The notes under the pieces are model-generated. The model was not told the origin of the DNA. It ran no database searches and saw nothing but the letters and a program-made list of their open reading frames with translations. The position numbers were made by a program, and so were the translations under genes. Positions 1-64,000 of a stretch of DNA of 64,000 nucleotides are shown here, piece after piece. The stretch lies in assembly GCF_009914755.1 (NCBI RefSeq), contig NC_060938.1; one strand, given 5' to 3'. Numbering within the stretch: the stretch's first letter is position 1; each line of letters begins with the position of its first letter. The DNA comes from the human T2T-CHM13v2.0 reference genome, Homo sapiens.

Positions 1-1392
1 TCAGTCAAACTGCCTCCTTCCCACTGAGAAGCAAGACAAGGGGCAAAACAGTTGTGACCCCCAAGTATCCTGTTTGTTCCTGGTTGAGGACATGTGAGTC
101 CAGCAAGGGGCAGCCAAACTCCAGGACCGTGAGGACCCACCCTCCCCGTCCTAGGCTGGGCCAGCACCACAGAGCCACTGAGCGCAGGGACCTCTGCTCA
201 AGGCGATCCCTCCAAGGTAAGGGGCAATGCTGGTGGCATCAGAGATGTCGAGGCAAGGCGCCCACCCGGGACACAAAAAGAGGCAGAGCTCCCCCCAGTG
301 GCGGCTCCTTCCTCCCCGGATGCAGCATATCACTCATGAAAGAAGCAAATACCAGGCCAAGCAAAGGGGTGCTCATGGCAGAGTCTGCAGATGAGGGGTG
401 GGGGTGCAGGAAACAGCAGGATGGCCTGGAGGGTGGAAGGCCCTGGAAGTCTCCAAGACTGAGTAGTTTCCCTTTCACCTTCAGTCCTCTGCCTACATAC
501 CCACCTCCACCATCCTTCCTGCACCCTTCCCTAGTCACTCATCCACCATCCTGCCATTGGAACCCAGTGTAACCATCCACCATTCTCCCCCTTCCATCAG
601 CTACAACCAGTGTCTCCCCAATCCACAAGGCACACCATCCATCTCTCCACCAGTAATCCCCTAATGACCAATTCACCACCCTCCCAGAAACTCATCTCCC
701 CATCATCAAATCATCCAAACATCATGCACAATCCATTTGCTGTTCATCTTTCTACCTCTCTGCTTCCCAACACCCACAAATCCATCCTCCATTCACTCAC
801 CACCCAGCCATTCCAACGTGCATGATGCAGATCCAAGCATGCACTGCAGACCCATTCCCCCAACCCCCATCAATCATCCATCCATCACCTAGCGCACATT
901 CATTCACAATTTATCCACCATGCTCTGTCCACCCACCCATTGATTTATATCCAGTAACTCCTGTACTCTTATCCATCTACCTACTGTCTCTCTACTTACT
1001 ACTATCCATTCACACATCATCTAAAATTCATTCACCATTATTCATCCACCATCAATCCATCCCTCCACCATTTGGTCTTGTCCACCATCCATCTACATCC
1101 AAAATCCACAACTTTTTCTCACCCACCGTGCATTGCAACAACTATCCATACATACACATCTGTTCAACAGCTACGATTTCTCTTTCACCCATCAACCATC
1201 CACTATGCAACCATGATTCATTTTGCCACCGTCCGCCCTTTCCCTCGTTCTCCTTTATTCAACTACCATCTACCATCCATCAACCATCCTTCCATAATCA
1301 CTCTTCTATCCATCCATCCACCAATAACATTCACCATCTGTGAGCTGCCATCCATACACTTACCCATTCACCATCCACAATCAACTATCTAC

Positions 1393-1394
<2 letters not shown>

Positions 1395-1425
<31 letters not shown>

Positions 1426-1698
1426 GAGTCTCACTCTGTCGCCCAGGCTGGAGTGGAGTGGCACAATCTCGGCTCACTGCAACCTCTGCCTCCCAGGTTG
1501 AAGCAATTCGGCCCCAGCCTCCCAAGTAGTTGGGATTACAAATGTGCACCATCACATTTGGCTCATTTTTGTATTTTTAGTAGAGACAAGGTTTCACCAT
1601 GTTGTCCATGCTGGTCTTGAACTCCTGACCTCAAGTGATACTCCATCCTCAGCCTCCCAAAATGCTGGGGTTACAGGCGTGAGCCACCGCGCCCAGCC
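1395..1698 (-). mobile_element. Alu (S-type)
   Basis: Poly-T plus Alu consensus; TSD-like caactatct. Confidence 0.95.
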
Positions 1699-1782
1699 AA
1701 CTATCTGCTTTCATCTACCATCCGTCATCTGTCTGTTGATCAACTGTCCTTCTACAAAATACTATATCAACCCACCACCCAT

Positions 1783-2445
1783 CATCCACCATTCATAACG
1801 CACCACCCATCTATCCCCATTCACCATCCACCATCACCTTCCATCTACCTACCATCCACCATCCACCATTCATAACACACCACCCATCATCCCCATTCAC
1901 CATCCACCATCACCTTCCATCCATCTACCATCCATCATCCACCACCCATCTATCCCCATTCACCATCCACCATCACCTTCCATCCATCCACCATCCATCA
2001 TCCACCATCCATCTATCCCCATTCACCATCCACCATCACCTTCCATCCATCTACCATCCATCATCCACCATCCATCTATCCCCATTCACCATCCACCATC
2101 ACCTTCCATCCATCCACCATCCATCATCCAACATCCATCTATCCCCATTCACCATCCACCATCACCTTCCATCCATCTCCCATCCATCATCCACCATCCA
2201 TCTATCCCCATTCACCATCCACCATCACCTTCCATCCATCTACCATCCATCATCCACCATCCATCCCCATTCACCATCCACCATCACCTTCCATCCATCC
2301 ACCATCCATCATCCAACATCCATCTATCCCCATTCACCATCCACCATCACCTTCCATCCATCCACCATCCATCATCCACCATTCATAACGCACCACCCAT
2401 CTATCCCAATTCACCATCCACCATCACCTTCCATCCATCTACCAC
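1783..2445. repeat. Minisatellite, ~63-bp unit x ~10
   Basis: Anchor ATCCCCATTCACCATCCACCATCACCTTCC recurs at about 1812, 1888, 1951, 2014, 2077, 2140, 2203, 2262, 2325, 2402. Confidence 0.92.
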
Positions 2446-3588
2446 TCATTCATTCACCATTCATTTATCCACCGTCCATTCATGCATACATCCACCATCC
2501 ATCTATCCACCATTCATCCATCCACCATCCACTCCCACTATCCATCCATCCACCATCTATCCATCCACACATTCACCATCCACCCATCCACAACCTACCA
2601 TCCATTCATCCACCATTCACTCATCCACCATCCATTCTCCACCATCCATCTACCCATCCATCCCTCTACCCATTCACATATCCACCATCCACTCATCCAT
2701 CATCCACAATTCACTCATCCAGCGTCCATTCATCCATCCACCCATTCACACATCCACCCATCTACCATCCACCATCCCTTCATCCACCATCCACCCATCA
2801 TTCACTCACCCACCATCCACCATCCATCCATCCACCCATCTATATGTCCATTCACCCATTCGCCATCCACTCATCCACCACCCACCATTCATCTATCATC
2901 CCTCATCCACTGTCTACCATCCACCATTCATCCATCCACCCATTCACCCATCCACCATCCATCCATCCACCATCCACTTATCCACAATCTGCCATCCACC
3001 ATTCGCCATTCATCCATCCATTCATCCACCACCCATCACCATTCACATCCACCATCGGCCATTCACCATCCACCATCCACCATCCACCTATTCACCATCC
3101 ACCATTCACTCATTCACCACCCATCCTTCCATCCACCCACCATCCACCACCCACCATCCACCAACCACTATTCATCTTACCATCCACCATCCACCATCTA
3201 TCATCCACTATCTACCATCTGCCGCCCATCCATCCACTTAATATTCACCATCTACTCATCACCATTCACTTGTCCATTATCCACCACCCACCAACCATCA
3301 TCCACCTACCATCCATCATCCACCATTTATCCATTATCTACTTATCTACCATCCATTACCCATCCATTTATCATCCTATCCACCATCTACTATCCACCCA
3401 TTATCCACTATCCACTGTCTATTCACTATCCACCATCTATTCACTATCCACCGTCCATCTCCATCCACAATTCACCATTTATGCAACCATCATCCACCAT
3501 CTATCCATTTACCATCTATCTATTCACCATCCACCATCCATCCATTCAGCATTCATCACTCACCAAACATCCACCATTTAACACCCAC

Positions 3589-3882
<294 letters not shown>

Positions 3883-3974
3883 AACACCCACTCTTTATGA
3901 TCTACCTGTCGGCCATGTATCCATTTATGCCATTATCCATCCACCACTCCCTGATTACCATCCATTCCTTTTCC

Positions 3975-4273
3975 TTTTTTTTTTTTTTTTTTTGAGACGG
4001 AGTCTCGCTCTGTCGCTCAGGCTGGAGTGCAGCGCACGATCGTGGCTCACTGCAAGCTCCACCTCCTGGGTTCACGCCGTTCTGCCTCAGCCCCCCAAGT
4101 AGCTGGGACTACAGGCGCCTTCTACCATGCCCGGTTAATTTTTTTGTATATTTTTAGTATAGACGGGGTTTCACCGCGTTAGCCAGGATGGTCTTGATCT
4201 CCTGACCTCGCGATCCGCCTGCCTCACCCTCCCAAAGTGCTGGGATTACAGGCATGAGCCACCACGCCCGGCC
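3975..4273 (-). mobile_element. Alu (Y-like)
   Basis: Alu consensus, gcaagctcc diagnostic. Confidence 0.93.
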
Positions 4274-4639
4274 ATTCATTCATTTTTCACTCACCATCCT
4301 CATCCATCCATTCATCACCCATCCACCCTCTATCACTCACCATCCACCCCGTCAACCATTTACCATTCATCTGCCATGCGTCCATATGCCGTACACCATG
4401 CACCATCAATGTTGCTGTCCATCAGCTGTCCCCTACTCACCATCCACTACTCTCCACCATCATCCACAATCCACCCTCCTATACCATCCACATACCATGT
4501 TCCATCCAGGATCTTCCTTCTATCATCCAACCACCACCCACAGCCCATGGGACAGGGGCACTGCGTGGAGAAGTGGACACCCAGTTCCAATGGTGAGCAG
4601 ACTAGCTCAGCCCTAGCAGCACACAGGACAGAGAAAGGG

Positions 4640-4933
4640 GTGAATTCAAAGGTCGTTTATTCCCCCTCCCGGCAAGACACCCATTTTACAGGGTAGGTCA
4701 GTCTCGCCAAGCCCTTCTTCTTTGCCCTTCTTCCTGAGAACCTAAGGTGTTCAGGCCCTGCAGGGGCGGGTAAGGGGAGGCTGAGAAGGTGCCTCCCAGG
4801 GGCCTGAAGAGTCGGCCCTGGGCGGGTCTGGAGGTAAATGTGTAACCGACCCTGGTGCCCCCACCCGACCTGCCTGGTCACGTGGGTCCAGTGGGGCAAA
4901 GTCTCCCGGTCGGGTGCAAGGAGCCGAGGCGAG
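4640..4933 (+). promoter_or_regulatory. AMN: AMN proximal promoter (no obvious TATA; GC box, HNF1-like, E-box and HNF4/DR1-like motifs)
   Basis: GGGGCGGG 4763-4770; GTAAATGTGTAAC 4834-4846; GTCACGTG 4877-4884; GGGGCAAAGTCTC 4893-4905; motif matches only. Confidence 0.6.
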
Positions 4934-12925
<7,992 letters not shown>

Positions 12926-13068
12926 GCGGCCGCCTGACCGTCGACCTTGGGGCTCTCCACCCGCTCTGGCCCCAGTCGAACTGGGGGCTAGCCACCTCCT
13001 CGTCCAGCCCCCAAACCTCCCCTTCCTTTCCCCCTCCTCCGGGGGCCAAGGACAGGGTGGCCTTACTC

Positions 13069-13074
13069 AGTAAA
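13069..13074 (+). terminator. AMN: Variant poly(A) signal AGTAAA (AMN proximal 3' end)
   Basis: AGTAAA 144 nt after the stop codon; no AATAAA seen nearby. Confidence 0.6.
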
Positions 13075-14648
13075 GGTGTTTCCTGCACCTGCTGTCAGCC
13101 TGGCTATGCCGCCACCGGCCCCGCCCATGAGGACTAGGAGCCCAGCCTTGCGCCGCATTCGCACTGGGGGACATGGGAGGGGTCTAGCTGGCCACTGCTG
13201 GAGGCAGCGCTGGTCGTCACCTGGGCGGCCAGAGGCTGGGATCTGCGAAGTTGAACCCAGAACTAGGAGTGGGGCTTCCCCCGCCTTCCGGTGAGGGGAG
13301 GGTGAGGAGCTGGAGGGAGGGGCGGGAGAGAGGCAAGGGGTGGACGGAGCCAAAGGCCGTGCCTGGTGGGGCGGACGGAAAAGGGGTGGGCATCCCTCCT
13401 GGTACCAAGCTGCTGGGTGCGAAGGCAGATCATATGGGGTCACCCATGTGCAAGCGTGCGCCACTGCACCGACACAGACAAGGGTCCAGCCCTGTGTGTG
13501 CAGCTGCAACTGTGGCAGTGACCACTTCTGTGAAACCAGCATCTGGGGCTGGAGATGTCACCGGCATCCCCAGTCATGGCCTGGCCCCCATTTGGAATCT
13601 TCTGCCCAGGGGCCCAGCTTAGCCACCAGGACACGTGCTGTAACCCAGATCAGGGCCCCGTGCTTCGAGGTGCGGCTGTGTTGTGGTTGGAATGAGTCAC
13701 TCTCAGTGCTGTGCAGTGTCCCGTTGAGTGACCGCCACAGTTCACGTGTGTGCTCCAACAGCTACCATCTCGCATTTTTAAAAGAAGTGGCCGATACTCC
13801 CACACGCACTTTTTAGCCACAATTTTCTTTAGTGTCAGGTGCAAACTGGAGAGCAAGCCTGAGCTGACCAGACACCACCTGCCACCCACTGCTCACCCGT
13901 CACAGATGGACTGTGCTGGCAGGGACCTGCCTCTGGTGTGGACTGTGGAAGGAGAGATGCTCTGGGCTTCCAGGGGAGCCGCCTGCTGCAGCAGCAGCCC
14001 AGGCCATGCTGCCTGGCACAGAGCTCAAGGTCCCAAGTGCCCCCGCTGGGTGCTGGGCTGCCTGCCCTGGCTTGCAGTCTTCTCCCAGGTCCGCACTCTT
14101 CTGCAGGGGCCATCACTGCCCTTGTCCTACCAAGGACAACTAGGTCTCAGTGAGTGGCAAATAGAAGCCAACTCCCTGCATAACTCAGGAAACTGACTCC
14201 GAGCATTCCCTCAACCAGGGACCACTCACCCTGGCCCAGACCTCCCCGAGAACTCCTGCCTCTTCCTGGGGCCTCTGGCCTACCCCATCCTGTCCCTTGG
14301 GGCTGCTGGCAGGGTTGGCGTGTATGGGTGTGGACAGGCAGACCCTCGCGGGCAGCCTGCTCCTGGGGCCCTGGCACTGCCTGGCTGGGGCTCACAGGCA
14401 CGCTGCCCTCCTCCCTTCACTCCTGCCCCAAGGATGCCCTCTGTTCAGGCTGAACACCCCAACAGCAGCCTTTTGGGTGACCTCCGAGTGAGTTACCCAG
14501 AATAGCTTCTGCTGGCGAATAGCATCTTCTGCAAGGTGGCTCCTTCACTGCCTTTTGGAGCTCAGGCACTTCTGGGGCCCAGACACACGGGTGACATGTT
14601 ACCACATCCAAACGGACCACTGGGAACTTTAAAACTGCCGTCTTCTGC

Positions 14649-14654
14649 TTTATT
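14649..14654 (-). terminator. CDC42BPB: CDC42BPB poly(A) signal AATAAA
   Basis: TTTATT on + strand ~1.3 kb past the stop codon, in an AT-rich context. Confidence 0.85.
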
Positions 14655-15815
14655 GACAGGTAAATTGTTCAAAAATGTTCTCACAATTCAATAATTAATT
14701 ACAAAGACTGAGACTTACATTAAAAAAGTAAAAACCAGAACCCCCCAGGTGCCCATCCAGCAGAAGGCCCAGGAGGGCAGTGGGGTGGCAGGGCTAGGCG
14801 GTGCTGGGCCACTCAGTGCCGACTTGGGGAAGTGCACGTCCTGAACAGCCTTGCCAAGCAGCCGACCGGTGGGAGGACAGGGGAAGCCTGGCCCAAGCTG
14901 TGGACAAGCTGTGTCTGCCGCCACAGTTAATCACAAGCCTCTGACGACACAGGGCCACAGAGCTGGTCACTCAACATCTGGTACAAAGGGTGAGGTGAAA
15001 TCCACGCGCAGGGGATTGCTGTGCCGTGGGCCGGGGCCAGTGTGCAGGAGTGTGTTGGGTGGGTCTACGTGATCATACGGGCTACTAATCACGGGGGCTC
15101 CATGCGGGGGCAGGACTGGTGGGGGGGGGGGCGGGCAGGGCGGGGCGGGGTGGGGTATCCCAGTGGCTGCTTCGTGGCGCCCTGGGGCTCTGACTTCCCT
15201 CAGCCCAGCAGGCCACAGGGCCTGCCTGCACCACGACACTCGCTGGTTTTATGGCAGGAGGCAGAAGCCGTGGAAGCGAATGGAAAACAGCACAGCTGAC
15301 TTCACAGTAGTAGATACTGGTGACACTTCATGGCTGCGACCCAGAATGAACTTAATGCACACAGGGACGCAGGGTGTCACTGGTCCTGGGCCTTTGTCCA
15401 TGACTAGGTGGTCAGCAGGACTTCTGCAGCTGACTGTGCAATGGCTAAATGAAAAAAAGGCCACAGACTAACCTCCACTTTCCTGTCTTCAAAATTCTAG
15501 TGACACTGGGAATGCTATAGGACCTCCTACTATTCTCTTAAGGTCCTAGGAAAGTTTCAGGAACTAGGGAAAAGACTGGGTACTGAGGCTGTGTCCCCAG
15601 ATGTCTGCTTCCGAAGCAGCCGCGTCATGACGGGTTTCTGCTGAGGAAGTGGTGTTGGCAGGGCCCCATATGCCCTCTCGGGTTGTCAGGGGTGGGAGAC
15701 AGGCTGTATGGGGGTCCTTCATGTGCAGATGGAACAGCATCGCCTCACAGCTGTGCAGACGAACAGATGTGGTCTACTGCCACGAACAATGCGGCATAAA
15801 ACTGATCAATATTAT

Positions 15816-15821
15816 AATAAA
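15816..15821 (+). terminator. AMN: Candidate distal poly(A) signal AATAAA for read-through AMN transcripts
   Basis: First canonical + strand AATAAA I found downstream of AMN. Confidence 0.5.
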
Positions 15822-15956
15822 GATTTGTCTTCTTCATCTCCATATCTACAAAGTGATTCTACATTTCCTTGGACAACACTGGAGGGCCCGCTCAGTCTTG
15901 GCACTGACGCTGGAGGCCATCTCCAGCTCCCTGGCCCCTGTGGCGAGCTGGCGGCT

Positions 15957-63290
<47,334 letters not shown>

Positions 63291-63604
63291 TCAGAGAGTT
63301 TAAGGTGTACAGATATGATAGGAAACAAAGTAGAAATGGTAGCTTCAAAGCAGGTCACTTCATGGGAACTAAATGCAATCCAAAGCTAATAAATTTCCAT
63401 TCCCAAAAGGCAAACAAGAAAACCAGTGGTCCTTCTGGTTTTACTCATTGTAGACTTGTGACCACACTGCATGTAAATGACACATTTTACCTATGGAAGT
63501 GGCAAGGAATGTGGGAAACATGCCGTGCGCGGGAAGAGGGACAGGCGCAGCCCCGTCAGAATGCACAGTGCACGCGTCACGGCAGCTCCGCTTCTGGAAA
63601 CTCA

Positions 63605-64000
<396 letters not shown>

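Larger units (their letters stand above)
14630..15956 (-). other. CDC42BPB: CDC42BPB 3' UTR
   Basis: Lies between the stop (15957-15959) and AATAAA; cleavage site approximate. Confidence 0.85.

Noticed and set aside
1783-2445. Regularly spaced repeats resembling a CRISPR array
   Set aside because: Units are contiguous with no unique spacers; this is a human minisatellite and there are no cas genes

Overview
Human (primate, Alu-rich) genomic DNA that I recognise from the encoded proteins as the AMN / CDC42BPB locus (recalled as chr14q32). The + strand carries the complete 12-exon AMN (amnionless) gene, CDS 4934-12925, 453 aa. The - strand carries the last 30 coding exons of CDC42BPB (MRCK-beta; inferred exons 8-37, 63248 down to 15957), which converges tail-to-tail with AMN. 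All 42 exons were checked by eye for GT-AG boundaries and continuous frame. The rest is about 35 Alus, old L1 and DNA-transposon fragments, a ~4 kb CCAT-rich domain with a 63-bp VNTR upstream of AMN, and a G-rich VNTR. I see no evidence for a wholly new gene or system, and the long ORFs in the track outside these exons look like repeat or GC artefacts. The best leads are at the RNA level: (i) non-canonical exon candidates in CDC42BPB intron 21, namely an in-frame 51-nt cassette (DSLSSSSASSLLAFWEE) and a 27-nt stop-containing microexon; (ii) a (UG)n tract fused to a GTAAGT donor, resembling a TDP-43 cryptic exon; (iii) a weak AMN poly(A) signal with stronger ones inside the CDC42BPB 3'UTR, predicting sense/antisense overlap; (iv) AMN mini-introns whose retention would remodel the endocytic tail; (v) an HNF4/HNF1/CLEAR-like motif cluster at the AMN promoter. 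Repeat boundaries and subfamily names are approximate, and CDC42BPB exon numbers assume the 37-exon model.
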